A stretch of DNA of 64,000 nucleotides, from NCBI GenBank assembly GCA_963771325.1, contig CAVYTJ010000009.1, positions 157,339 through 221,338 on the forward strand, read 5' to 3'. Shown here one piece after another: positions 1 to 8,765 of the stretch. Source of the stretch: an uncultured delta proteobacterium. Lineage in GTDB: Bacteria; Desulfobacterota; Binatia; Binatales; Binataceae. The number at the start of each line of letters is the position of its first letter. Position 1 is the first letter of the stretch. The notes beneath the pieces are model-generated. The model searched no databases, was not told the origin of the DNA, and saw only the letters and a program-made list of their open reading frames with translations. Position numbers and translations under genes: made by a program.

Positions 1-940
1 CGAGATACGGATCGGTGTAGTCGCCCGAGCGCGGGCGCAGTGCCTCGGCGAGCGTCTCAGGCTTCCACAGCGGCCGTCCGTCCTTGCCGCGATTGTGCAT
101 TACGCCCTGGTAAAAAAGCGCGAGTTCGGCCGCGGTCATGATCCCGCCGCCGCCGGGCACGCCCGCTTCGCGCACGGCCGGCGAATTGAAGCCCAGGATC
201 ATCTCTTCGACCACTTCGGTCTCGAGCATTGGCGGCAAGCCCAGCTTGCGCAGTTCCTCGTTCGAGAGCGCCTCGCCTAAGTAGACCAGGTCGGCGACAC
301 GATGATTGAGCTCCGGCGGAAGTCCGAGGTACATCCCCGGCAGGCCCAGCGGCAGCGCGATACGCTCGCGCACGAACTGGCGGAAGTCCATCCCGGCGCG
401 GCGCTCGATTATTTCGGCGATCACCCAGAAGCCGGAGGTCGGATGGTAGAAGTAGCGGCTGCCCGGAGGAAACTCCGGGCGCCACTTGGCAAAGCGCTCC
501 AGCCGTTTGGCGCGATCGTGCCATTCGCTCTGCGCATACGGCGCGTTGGGAAAGCCCGCGGTGTGCAGCAACACTTGTTCGACCGTGATCACGTCCTTGC
601 CGTTGGTGCCGAACTCGGGAACGATATCGGCCACGCGCTCGCGCACGTCAAGCTTGCCCTCGCCGATCAGCAGCCAGGCCGCCGCCGACATTATCGCTTT
701 GGTGCAGGAGAAAATGGTGTAGAGCGTGTCGTTAGTGGCGGGACGGTCCGCGCCGCCCTGCACCGCGTGCCCAAAGGTGCGCATCGCGCCGACCTTGCCA
801 TTGCGCGCAATCGCTATCTGGCACGACGGCAGCAGCCCCTCGTTGACTTCGCGCGCGGCGCGCTCGAACAGCCCGTCGACCTTTTGCTGATCGAGGCCGG
901 CTTCGCGGGGGTTTTCGGCAAAGAACTCGTGTGCGGGCAT
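1..940 (-). CDS. Serine hydrolase of the beta-lactamase/PBP-like (class C fold) family; 3' end lies beyond the window start
   Basis: Reverse-strand translation from ATG (complement of 938-940) gives MPAHEFFAENPREAGLDQ...TIFSCTKAIMSAAAWLLIGEGKLDV...VLLHTAGFPN..., with the S-x-x-K nucleophile motif and typical fold motifs. Not in the ORF track because it runs off the window edge. The listed ORF 302..1051(+) is the antisense artefact. Confidence 0.8.
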   Translation of the reverse strand, partial: MPAHEFFAENPREAGLDQQKVDGLFERAAREVNEGLLPSCQIAIARNGKVGAMRTFGHAVQGGADRPATNDTLYTIFSCTKAIMSAAAWLLIGEGKLDVRERVADIVPEFGTNGKDVITVEQVLLHTAGFPNAPYAQSEWHDRAKRLERFAKWRPEFPPGSRYFYHPTSGFWVIAEIIERRAGMDFRQFVRERIALPLGLPGMYLGLPPELNHRVADLVYLGEALSNEELRKLGLPPMLETEVVEEMILGFNSPAVREAGVPGGGGIMTAAELALFYQGVMHNRGKDGRPLWKPETLAEALRPRSGDYTDPYL

Positions 941-1110
941 TTCGTGGGTTTCTCCGTTGGAATGCTCTTCGGTCCGGAAAACGCTGGAGTTCCAGAGATA
1001 ACATATCGGCGGCCGGACGGTCCAATGTATGATATCGCTTCGCGTGTGTAATATCCCTTCGCGCCCAGCGAAGTTGTCACGGCGGCGCGTAATCTCACCG
1101 TAGTTATGCA

Positions 1111-1170
1111 GTTGCATCATGCAACCCGATGGTGCTATGAACCTCTATCGACATGGTTGCATGATGCAAC
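1111..1170. promoter_or_regulatory. Two 15-bp perfect palindromes (GTTGCATCATGCAAC at 1111-1125; GTTGCATGATGCAAC at 1156-1170) in the divergent intergenic region; candidate repressor operators
   Basis: Read directly from the sequence. Each site is its own reverse complement around a central C/G. They sit between the divergently transcribed serine hydrolase and DsbA-like genes, upstream of a GGAGG RBS at 1200-1204. Confidence 0.4.
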
Positions 1171-1210
1171 TAACGCATAAGCGCTGACCGTTGCTCGCGG
1201 AGGAATAAAC

Positions 1211-1804
1211 ATGGCCCGGGAACTCGAGTTTTTCTTCGATTATGGAAGCCCGTTCAGTTATCTAGCCGACAGCCAGCTCAAGGGGCTGGCCGAACGCACC
1301 GGCGCGCGCGTGATCTACCGGCCGATGCTGCTCGGCGGGGTATTCAAGGAGACCGGCAACTCCTCGCCGATCGCGATCGAGGCCAAGCGCAAATATTCGA
1401 ATATCGATCTGGCGCGCTGGGCGAAGCACTACGGGGTGGCGGCGCTTCACAATGCGCACTTTCCGATCAACACGATACGCCTGATGCGCGGGGCGATCGC
1501 GGCCGAGCACCTGGGCGTCTTCCCGGCGTACCATCGCGCGATCTACGACGCGTTCTGGCGCGACGGGCTCAATCTCGGCGACGCGGCGGTCGTGCGCGAA
1601 GTTCTTCAGCGGGCGGGCCTCGACGCGGAACGGATCGCGGCGGCGTCCGAGGAGCCTGCAGTCAAGGATGCGCTCCGCGTCTCGACCGAAACGGCGGTCG
1701 CCCGCGGCGCGTTCGGCGCGCCGACGTTCTTCGTCGGCGATCAGATGTTCTGGGGCAACGATCGCCTGATGTTCGTCGAGCAGGCGCTGAGCGCACTTTC
1801 GTAA
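1211..1804 (+). CDS. 2-hydroxychromene-2-carboxylate isomerase / DsbA-like thioredoxin-fold protein
   Basis: 197 aa, MARELEFFFDYGSPFSYL...FGAPTFFVGDQMFWGNDRL, typical of the HCCA isomerase family. GGAGG RBS 7 nt upstream. Confidence 0.85.
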   Translation: MARELEFFFDYGSPFSYLADSQLKGLAERTGARVIYRPMLLGGVFKETGNSSPIAIEAKRKYSNIDLARWAKHYGVAALHNAHFPINTIRLMRGAIAAEHLGVFPAYHRAIYDAFWRDGLNLGDAAVVREVLQRAGLDAERIAAASEEPAVKDALRVSTETAVARGAFGAPTFFVGDQMFWGNDRLMFVEQALSALS

Positions 1805-1861
1805 GAAGCGGAATCGCGTTATTCGGGATGCTCTCAAAGGGCGTTCACCAAGGGCGTCCAC

Positions 1862-2768
1862 TTAGGAGGGATCGGGGCCTTGCGCGGCGACCCATCCGGC
1901 GCGGCCGGGCAGGGTCGCGCGCACGACCTCGCATACCGGCAGTTCCGCGCCGCCCAGGGGCGCCGCGACCTCATCGAGGCGGACGAACTTCGCTCCGCGC
2001 GCCTTCAACGCGCGAATCAGGTTGGTGAAACTCTCCAACTCGGCCATCCCTTCGGTCTCGGCGTGCACCGTATGGACGTTCAGGCGGTCGGCGTTGAACT
2101 GCGTCAGATAAAATTCCAGCACTGCGGCCGCGTCGGGCAGGTCCTCGCGTCCCATCACTTCGTCCAACGTCGGTAGCGTGGTTGGAATCTCGGGTGTTTT
2201 GAGGATTTCGCCCTCGACGCGGCATCGAAACGGCGTCCTGCCGCGCGTGTCGCTGCGATAGCTGAGGCCCATCGAGTCGAGCGCCGTGAGCGCGATCGCA
2301 TTGGTGCGCCATCCGGGGGCCGCGAAGCCGCGCGCCCGTTCACGGAAGATCGCGCGATAGGCCTCGAACGCGTCGCCCAGCTCGGCGCGGATTCCGGCTT
2401 CGCCCAGTTTGTCGATTCCGTCCTGCCATCGCACATGGTCCCAGCCATGCACGCCGATCTCGAAGCCCGCGCGTCCCAGGCCGCGCACGATGTCGGGCAG
2501 CGCAAGCGCGATCGGCCGCGCCGGCAGCAGCGTGCCCGAGAGCACCGTGCGCAGGCCATACATCCTGACCGCCCTGGTGCGGCGCATCTTTTTCAGGAAA
2601 GCCGGGATTGCGCAGCACGCGCACGATCGCGCGGCCCGAGTTGTCCGGTCCCATCGCGATGTAAAAGCTCGCTGCGACGCCCTCGGCGGTGAGCATCCGC
2701 GCGAGCCGCGGCACGCCGGCCGCGAGTCCCTGATGCGTGTCGACGTCAATTTTGAGTGCGACTTCCAA
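1862..2768 (-). CDS. arnD: ArnD-like polysaccharide deacetylase (4-deoxy-4-formamido-L-arabinose-phosphoundecaprenol deformylase) with an apparent +1 frameshift near 2590-2604; pseudogene or sequencing indel
   Basis: N-terminus MEVALKIDVDTHQGLAAGVPRL...RNPGF is in one frame (2340..2768). The continuation LKKMRRTRAVRMYGL...GVHGWDHVRWQDG is in another frame (1862..2749). Joined, they match the E. coli ArnD pattern PQFLWKMLRSNAASLYGW...GLHAWDHHAWQ. One extra C in ggctttCctgaaaaag. Confidence 0.75.
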
Positions 2769-4236
2769 ACCGTTCCTCGAGTGCTTCGATTATGCGCTCC
2801 ATCTGGATGCCCCGCGAACCTTTGACCAGCACGACGTCACCCGCGCGGACGAGCGCGCACACGATCTCCGCGGCGGCGCCGCTATCCGATGCGATTCGCA
2901 CGCGGCTGCCGCCGCTGCGGCCGGCGTCGCCGGCGGCAGCGGCGGCAGCCGCGCTCATCTCCGCACCCACGGCGATGAAAGCCGCGGGTGCGAGCCGCAT
3001 CACGTCGGCAACGACCTCGGCATGCATCGCGGGCGCGAGCGCACCCAGCTCCAGCATGTCGCCGAGCGCGACGACCAGGCGCGCACCGGGCGCCTGCGCA
3101 CTTTCGTGCGCGGCGTCCAGCGCGGCCCGCACCGAGCGCGGGTTGGCATTGTACGTGTCGTCGATCACCAGCAGGCCGCCGAGCGCGCGCATCTGCAAGC
3201 GCCCGGCGACCGGCGCGACGCTTTCGAGCGCGCGGGCAACGGCGGCGAGTTCGTCCGCCGTAAGCGGGCGGACGCGCAATGCGGCGGCGGCCGCCACGGC
3301 CGCCGCCGCATTGCGCGCCGCCGCGGCGCCGAGCAGCGCGAGCGCGGCCTCGAGCCGCGCCGGCGCGCCCGCGGCAACGAGCCGCGGGCTGAGCGCGAGC
3401 GTGACGTGCGAGCGCGCGGCGCCGGCCACGGCCGGCGCCCGCGCCGCGATTCGCACGTCGGCGTCCGGCGCGGCACCGAAGGTCACGACCTCGGCGCCGC
3501 GCGGAATACGCTCCATCACCAGGCGCTCCTCGGTGCAGGCCACCACCGCGCGGCGCGCTGTGGTGAATAGCGCGGCCTCTTCGTCGGCGATTTCCTCGAG
3601 GCTGCCCAGCCCTTCGCTGTGCTCGACGTCGACGTTGAGTACGGCGGCGACGTCGGGCTCGACGATTCGCGCGAGACGCACAATCTCGCCGCGCGTGTTG
3701 GTGCCGCACTCGAGTACGGCGGCGCGATGGCGCTCGGTGAGCGTGAAGATGGTCATCGGCACGCCGATAAGGTTGTTGAGATTGCCCGGTGTGGCCAGCG
3801 TTTCACCGAAGAGCGCGCGCACCACGGCTGCGCAGAGCTCCTTGGTGCTGGTCTTGCCGACCGCGCCGCCAATTGCGACGCATGCGAGCGGATGCGTCGC
3901 GCGTGTACGTCGCAGATGATGGCGCGCGAGAGCGCCAAGGGCGGCGAGCGTATCGTCGACTTCGACCGCGGCAAGGCCAACCGCGTCGGCAGGACGGCGG
4001 CCGCGCTCGACTATCGCGGCGGCGGCGCCGCGGCGCGCCGCCTCGGCGAGGTAGGAATGGCCGTCGCGCCCGACGCCGCGGAGCGCCACGAACAGGGCGC
4101 CGGCGGCGAGCGAGCGCGTGTCGATCGTCACTCCACGTACGATCGTGTCAGGCGCGCCGAACATCTCGCCGCCGGTTGCGGCGGCGACTTCGTCGAGCCT
4201 GAAAGCGCACTGGTTGATTGGTATCGGCGTCGCCAT
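2746..4236 (-). CDS. murF: UDP-N-acetylmuramoyl-tripeptide--D-alanyl-D-alanine ligase (MurF)
   Basis: 496 aa Mur ligase. Motifs TIDTRSL..GALFVAL.G...DGH, GGAVGKTSTKE (P-loop), GNLNNLIGVPMT, DDTYNANP, and C-terminal VLVKGSRGIQME all align with E. coli MurF. Overlaps arnD by 23 nt. Confidence 0.85.
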   Translation of the reverse strand: MATPIPINQCAFRLDEVAAATGGEMFGAPDTIVRGVTIDTRSLAAGALFVALRGVGRDGHSYLAEAARRGAAAAIVERGRRPADAVGLAAVEVDDTLAALGALARHHLRRTRATHPLACVAIGGAVGKTSTKELCAAVVRALFGETLATPGNLNNLIGVPMTIFTLTERHRAAVLECGTNTRGEIVRLARIVEPDVAAVLNVDVEHSEGLGSLEEIADEEAALFTTARRAVVACTEERLVMERIPRGAEVVTFGAAPDADVRIAARAPAVAGAARSHVTLALSPRLVAAGAPARLEAALALLGAAAARNAAAAVAAAAALRVRPLTADELAAVARALESVAPVAGRLQMRALGGLLVIDDTYNANPRSVRAALDAAHESAQAPGARLVVALGDMLELGALAPAMHAEVVADVMRLAPAAFIAVGAEMSAAAAAAAGDAGRSGGSRVRIASDSGAAAEIVCALVRAGDVVLVKGSRGIQMERIIEALEERFGSRTQN

Positions 4237-4371
4237 CGTTACGCCCGCGCCGGCCGTACCCCCGAAGCTGACGCGGACCTAACAGTGATTACGTGTCCCG
4301 ATGCGGCTTGACAACCGTGCGCCGGGCGGACAAGCCTCGTTCGTCGAAAGCACGCACGAGAGGAGTCACCG

Positions 4372-4866
4372 ATGGCCCAGGCCGCATCGCCGCTGGTCGG
4401 CATTATTATGGGGAGCAAGAGCGATTGGGAGCACATGTCGGCAGCGGCCGAAGCTCTGAGCGAATTTAAAGTATCGCATGAAGTGAGAATTCTCTCCGCG
4501 CATCGCACGCCCGACCTCACGCTGGAGTACGCCGCCTCCGCCATGGAGCGTGGACTGCAGGTGATGATCGCGGGCGCCGGCGGCGCGGCCCATCTGCCCG
4601 GCGTGATCGCGGCCAAGACCATACTGCCGGTGATCGGCGTGCCGATGCCGACGACGGCCCTTAGCGGAATCGACTCGCTACTGTCGATCGTGCAGATGCC
4701 GCGCGGCGTGCCGGTGGCGACGATGGCGATTGGCAAGGCCGGCGCCGCCAACGCGGGCTTGTTCGCGGTCGCCATTCTCGCGCTCAGCCGCGAGGACCTC
4801 GCCGAGCAATTGGTCAAATGGCGGGCCGCGCGCGCGCAGGAAGTGCTCCAGCAGAAGCTGCCCTGA
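4372..4866 (+). CDS. purE: N5-carboxyaminoimidazole ribonucleotide mutase (PurE)
   Basis: 164 aa, [15 protein letters not shown]...[12 protein letters not shown]...VIGVP. Canonical PurE. Confidence 0.95.
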   Translation: MAQAASPLVGIIMGSKSDWEHMSAAAEALSEFKVSHEVRILSAHRTPDLTLEYAASAMERGLQVMIAGAGGAAHLPGVIAAKTILPVIGVPMPTTALSGIDSLLSIVQMPRGVPVATMAIGKAGAANAGLFAVAILALSREDLAEQLVKWRAARAQEVLQQKLP

Positions 4867-4887
4867 AATCACGGAGAATCGCGGGGA

Positions 4888-5790
4888 GTGTCGATGCGAG
4901 GGCTGCCGGCGAAATTCCAAAACCGCTTGCAACAAAACCGTTTGCGACAAAACCGCTGGCGACATGACCGCTTGCAATCGGTCGAGAACGCCGTCGTCGT
5001 CGATGTCCTCTTTTTTGCCGCGCTGATCGCCGCGCTTGCAGGCATCGGCGCAAAGCCCGCGCGCGCCGTCGAGGCACCGCAGATAGTCGTCAAGGTCGGC
5101 GGTAAATTGCCGGTGCCGCCAACGATTCCGCTCGGCGTGATCGCGACCGACCCGGTGCTGCAAGAGGTCCTGAGTCAGGATTTCCAGGTGGCGGGACGGC
5201 TGGCGAGCCCCAGCGCGACGTCGGAATTGACCTTGACCGTCACGCTGACCCATCGCGCGCTGGAGCCGGGGATGTCGCTCAACGAGGTCGCGCCGGGCAA
5301 CGGTGACGCGGTCGCGCTGCTCAGGCAGGCTGGCGTCAAGGCGCCGCCACTGCCGGAACAAGCGGCGCAGAAGATCAGAAAGGATAAGGACAGCGACTCC
5401 GACGCGGACGACACGAGCGCGGCCGAGGGCAACTCGCACTCGAAGAATGACGTCAACAGCTACGAGCAGCAGGGCCAGATGCAGCAGCAGTCCGCTCCGA
5501 TGAATCGTCCGCCTCTGCCGCTGACGCCATGGCCGGTGCCGCCGGCGATGGCGCAACAACGCTCGCCGATACCGCCATACATGCAGCCGCTCCAGCGCAC
5601 CAACCCGCTCGATGAGGCGCGACACGAACGCGAGGCGAGCGCCGTGTATGACACGATTTTCGTCGGGCGCGTGACAGCAGGTAGCGACGTTAGCGAGTTG
5701 ACCGTCGTCGCGGTGGCGCATCCGGGCTTCGACTCGCACGAGGCGCGCAAGCTCATCGCCGAGGAAATCGCCAACAGCGTGCTCCACTAG
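4888..5790 (+). CDS. Hypothetical secreted or membrane-anchored protein with an Arg-rich repetitive n-region, a hydrophobic segment and a Pro/Gln-rich region
   Basis: GTG (4888) or ATG (4894) start with GGGGAG RBS. The n-region QNRLQQNRLRQNRWRHDRLQ is encoded by four 15-bp tandem repeats (4918-4977). Followed by an h-region AVVVDVLFFAALIAALAGIGA and an AxA site. No recognisable domain. Confidence 0.5.
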   Translation: MSMRGLPAKFQNRLQQNRLRQNRWRHDRLQSVENAVVVDVLFFAALIAALAGIGAKPARAVEAPQIVVKVGGKLPVPPTIPLGVIATDPVLQEVLSQDFQVAGRLASPSATSELTLTVTLTHRALEPGMSLNEVAPGNGDAVALLRQAGVKAPPLPEQAAQKIRKDKDSDSDADDTSAAEGNSHSKNDVNSYEQQGQMQQQSAPMNRPPLPLTPWPVPPAMAQQRSPIPPYMQPLQRTNPLDEARHEREASAVYDTIFVGRVTAGSDVSELTVVAVAHPGFDSHEARKLIAEEIANSVLH

Positions 5791-5848
5791 GAGCGTCGCT
5801 TAAGAGCTATTGTTGGAGTATCGCGCGGCGCTCCAGCCGCGATGCCAG

Positions 5849-6757
5849 CTATTCGTTGTTGTCGTCAGCGGGCGCGGTCGCGCGCGAGGGAGGCGCCTTT
5901 CGCGGGCGTTTGGCGGTCGGCGCCGTCGGACCGCCAACGACGCTGGTTTGCGGCACCTGCGCCGGAGCCCCGGCCATCGGCGCCGGCGCGGCCATCGGCG
6001 CCGGTGCGGCCATCGGAGCTGGCGCGGCCATCAGTGGCGGCGCTGTCATCGGTGCTGGTGCGGCCATCGGCGCCGGCGCGTCGGCTGGCGGCATTGCGCC
6101 GCTCGGCGCGGCGGGAGCGGCCGGAGGCGAAGAGTGATGGAAACCGAATTCGCCGCGATGATGCTCGGAGGCGATGATGTAGAGCACGACAATCGCCGAG
6201 AGCACGATTATTACAGCAGCTACGCGGCCCCAGGGCGTGCGCTTGCGATCGTGCAGAGCGAGCGGCTCGGACATCCGCGGCACCGCCGCGACTTCGGCGC
6301 GCTGCACCTCGCGCACGAAACGCATCGCGACCTCTTCGCCATCGAGGTTGAGAAAGGCGGCATAGCGGCGAAGAAACGGCATCAGGTAGAGCTGGTCTGA
6401 GATGAGGCCGTAGTCGCTGCTCTCGATCATCTCGAGGTAATGAGCGGGAATACGGGTCTCCGCGACGACGTCCGCGCGCGAGACGCCGCGCCGCTCGCGT
6501 GCCGCCGCCAGCGTCTTGCCCAGGCTGGGCTCGCCGTCGGCGCCCGCTTTTGACGGCTCCGCCGACGACGACGAGGGAGCCGCGTCGACGCTCTGGGGTT
6601 TGTTCGCTCCTAAAGGCTTGGGTTCGCCGCCAGGCTTAGGCTGGTCGCTGGTGGCTTCGGTCGCGTCGTGAGACTTGGAGCCGGAATTGTTCTTACTTCC
6701 GGACTTGGTCTCGCTCCCGGAATTCACGGCTTCTTCTGTTTCCCGTGCTGCAGACAT
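5849..6757 (-). CDS. RodZ-like cytoskeleton protein (HTH_25 / XRE helix-turn-helix, one TM helix, Pro/Ala/Met-rich periplasmic repeats)
   Basis: Start MSAARE at complement 6755-6757 with GGGAGGGGA RBS; the longer listed ORF to 7231 overlaps arnT and is rejected. LGKTLAAARERRGVSRADVVAETRIPAHYLEMIESSDYGL matches the RodZ HTH. TM segment WGRVAAVIIVLSAIVVLYII. (APAPMA)n repeats are encoded by 18-bp tandem repeats at 5973-6080. Confidence 0.6.
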   Translation of the reverse strand: MSAARETEEAVNSGSETKSGSKNNSGSKSHDATEATSDQPKPGGEPKPLGANKPQSVDAAPSSSSAEPSKAGADGEPSLGKTLAAARERRGVSRADVVAETRIPAHYLEMIESSDYGLISDQLYLMPFLRRYAAFLNLDGEEVAMRFVREVQRAEVAAVPRMSEPLALHDRKRTPWGRVAAVIIVLSAIVVLYIIASEHHRGEFGFHHSSPPAAPAAPSGAMPPADAPAPMAAPAPMTAPPLMAAPAPMAAPAPMAAPAPMAGAPAQVPQTSVVGGPTAPTAKRPRKAPPSRATAPADDNNE

Positions 6758-6851
6758 CCACCGTCCCCTCCCGCCGAATGATGCAGGACGCGCCGGGCCG
6801 CGTCGACATAAGAAACTTACAATTAGCGCGCTGTGAAACCAAGTACCCGTT

Positions 6852-8639
6852 TCAGGGGGGCGGATCCGGCGTACACAGCCGCGCCGCGGCCGGTTCGGCG
6901 ATCGCCCGGTTCGCGAGCGCGAGCTTTTTGCCCTCGCATCCGACGATCGTTGCCTCGGTACCCAGCAGAGCGCGGACGTGCGGGAGATCGGTTTGATTGA
7001 CCACCAGCACTGCGCATCCCGGCCCATGCCAGAGTTGCGCGAGGCCGGCGTCGGTTGCAATGAAGCTCTCGCGCGCGTCGGGGCCGAGGCCGAACGGCGC
7101 CAGCTCTCCGCGATAGTCGACCAGGGCCTCGCGATAGCCTGTGTAAAATGGCAACGCTTGGACGAAATGGCGATACGACGCCAGGCGGCATCCGGGGGCG
7201 AGGTACGGCACAATCGCGCGCGCGAGTTCACGATACGAGCCCAGCGGCTGTGCGTCCATCCGCGCCTTGCCCATCACGCCTAGCGCCACCACCGTGCCGA
7301 GCGCGAGTGCGCCGATCGCGGCCGTGACGTGACTTCCGCGCCATGCGACCGCAAGGCACGCGAGCGACGCCGCTGTTAGTGCGGCCGCGGCGGCGAGCGC
7401 GTCGGCCAGGAGCGCGGAGGGGGCGTGCGAAGCGAAATGCGCGCGAGCGATCGCGATTGCGGCGGTCGCGGCCAGGTTCAGCAGCGCGAGCGTGCCGAAG
7501 AGCCTGCGCAGGCTCGACACCTCGAGTCGAGGCAGGCGGCAGAGCGCATAGCCGGCCACGATCGCGAGCGGTGCAAGCCCAGGCAGGATGTAGGAACCGA
7601 GCTTGGCGCGCGGGATCGAGAAGAAGACCAGGATGATCGCGAACCACCAGAGCAAAAAGCAAAGCGAAGCTCGCGCATCGGGCCGCCGTCCGGGCGTCTC
7701 GGCTTCATCCGCTTCATCGCCGCCGCGCCGCCGACGCATCAGTTCGCGCACGCCCATCGGGACGAAAAATATCCACGGCCACATCCCGGCTATCACCACC
7801 ACCACGAAAAAGTACGGACCCCATCCGTGCTCTACGTTTTCCAGATAGCGCTCGACGTGTTCATGGATGAAAAAGAAGCGCAGAAATTCCGGATTGCGCC
7901 GCGCGGCGAGCACGAACCATGGCGCGGCGATTGCCGTATAGATCGCTATCGCGCCGAGCCAGGGCATCCGGGCAATCTCACGTGCGCGCCGTTCGCCGAG
8001 CAGCCAGGCGAGTCCGACCGCGCCCGTCAGCACCAGCGCCACCGGGCCCTTGGTGAGCGTGCCAAAGGCGGCCATCGCCGCCGACCAAAGGAACCATCGG
8101 CGTCCCACCGCGCCGTCAAAACCCGGCGCGCGGGCCGCGGCCCAGAACGCGCCGAGCGCCGCGGTGATGAAAAGCGCGAGGGCAGGATCGAGCGTGGCGA
8201 AACGGGCGAAGCTGAAAACCAGCGGAGAAAGCCCGAGGACCATCGCGGCGGCGAGTCCCACCGCCGCGCCGAACATCGCTTCGCCCAGCGCCGCAGTCAC
8301 CGCGACCTCGGCTACGCTCGCGAGCGCGGCCGGCAGACGCACGGCCAACTCGTTGGCGCCGAGCACCTTTATCGAGAGCGTCTCGGCCCAATAGACCAGC
8401 GGCGGCTTTTCGAAATAGCGCACCCAGTTGTCGCGCGGAGTCACGTAGTCGTGCGTCACCACCATCTCGCGCGCGATTTCTGCGTAGCGTCCCTCGTCGG
8501 GCTCCCACAGCGCCGGACGGCCCAGCGCGGGCAGATAAAGGATCGCCGCGAGCGTCGCGCAGACCAAGAGGCGAAGCGGCCAGTTGCGCTCGGCCAGGAG
8601 TACGGATGATGCGAGAAGCGCGCGCGGGGTCCGAGGCAT
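6852..8639 (-). CDS. arnT: GT83 family glycosyltransferase, ArnT-like undecaprenyl-phosphate-alpha-L-Ara4N:lipid A transferase / PMT family
   Basis: 595 aa polytopic membrane protein with the hallmark N-terminal motif LWEPDEGRYAEIAREM and multiple TM helices. Confidence 0.85.
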   Translation of the reverse strand: MPRTPRALLASSVLLAERNWPLRLLVCATLAAILYLPALGRPALWEPDEGRYAEIAREMVVTHDYVTPRDNWVRYFEKPPLVYWAETLSIKVLGANELAVRLPAALASVAEVAVTAALGEAMFGAAVGLAAAMVLGLSPLVFSFARFATLDPALALFITAALGAFWAAARAPGFDGAVGRRWFLWSAAMAAFGTLTKGPVALVLTGAVGLAWLLGERRAREIARMPWLGAIAIYTAIAAPWFVLAARRNPEFLRFFFIHEHVERYLENVEHGWGPYFFVVVVIAGMWPWIFFVPMGVRELMRRRRGGDEADEAETPGRRPDARASLCFLLWWFAIILVFFSIPRAKLGSYILPGLAPLAIVAGYALCRLPRLEVSSLRRLFGTLALLNLAATAAIAIARAHFASHAPSALLADALAAAAALTAASLACLAVAWRGSHVTAAIGALALGTVVALGVMGKARMDAQPLGSYRELARAIVPYLAPGCRLASYRHFVQALPFYTGYREALVDYRGELAPFGLGPDARESFIATDAGLAQLWHGPGCAVLVVNQTDLPHVRALLGTEATIVGCEGKKLALANRAIAEPAAARLCTPDPPP

Positions 8640-8765
8640 GATCGCAAGAGTCTGCGGACGGCGGCGCGCGCCGTCAACCGCCGCTTTAGCTGTAAAAGTA
8701 CGCCCCCTTCCCGCCGATTCCCCGGCGCGGTATCGTCTTTAACTTCACGGGGTCGTTTGTAACAA

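Noticed and set aside
302-1051. Listed + strand ORF 302..1051 (249 aa)
   Set aside because: The opposite strand encodes a clear SxxK serine hydrolase; the + frame has no homology or codon-bias support.
4237-4371. Possible ZTP (pfl) riboswitch or sigma70 promoter (TTGACA at about 4301) upstream of purE
   Set aside because: The conserved GGGUCGUGAC / CCGGG...CGCCUGGGCA pfl elements are not present; only a fortuitous CGCCGGGCGGAC. The -10 spacing is poor.
4918-6080. Short tandem repeats (15-18 bp units, also 10783-10818, 40091-40168, 55664-55708) as possible CRISPR arrays
   Set aside because: Units are contiguous without spacers, stay in frame inside ORFs and encode peptide repeats. They are not CRISPR.
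8640-8765. PmrA/PhoP-type direct repeats (TTTAAC ... TTGTAAC) in the arnT/arnC divergent promoter
   Set aside because: Half-site spacing (about 18 bp) and sequence do not match the YTTAAK-N5-YTTAAK box; too weak to call.
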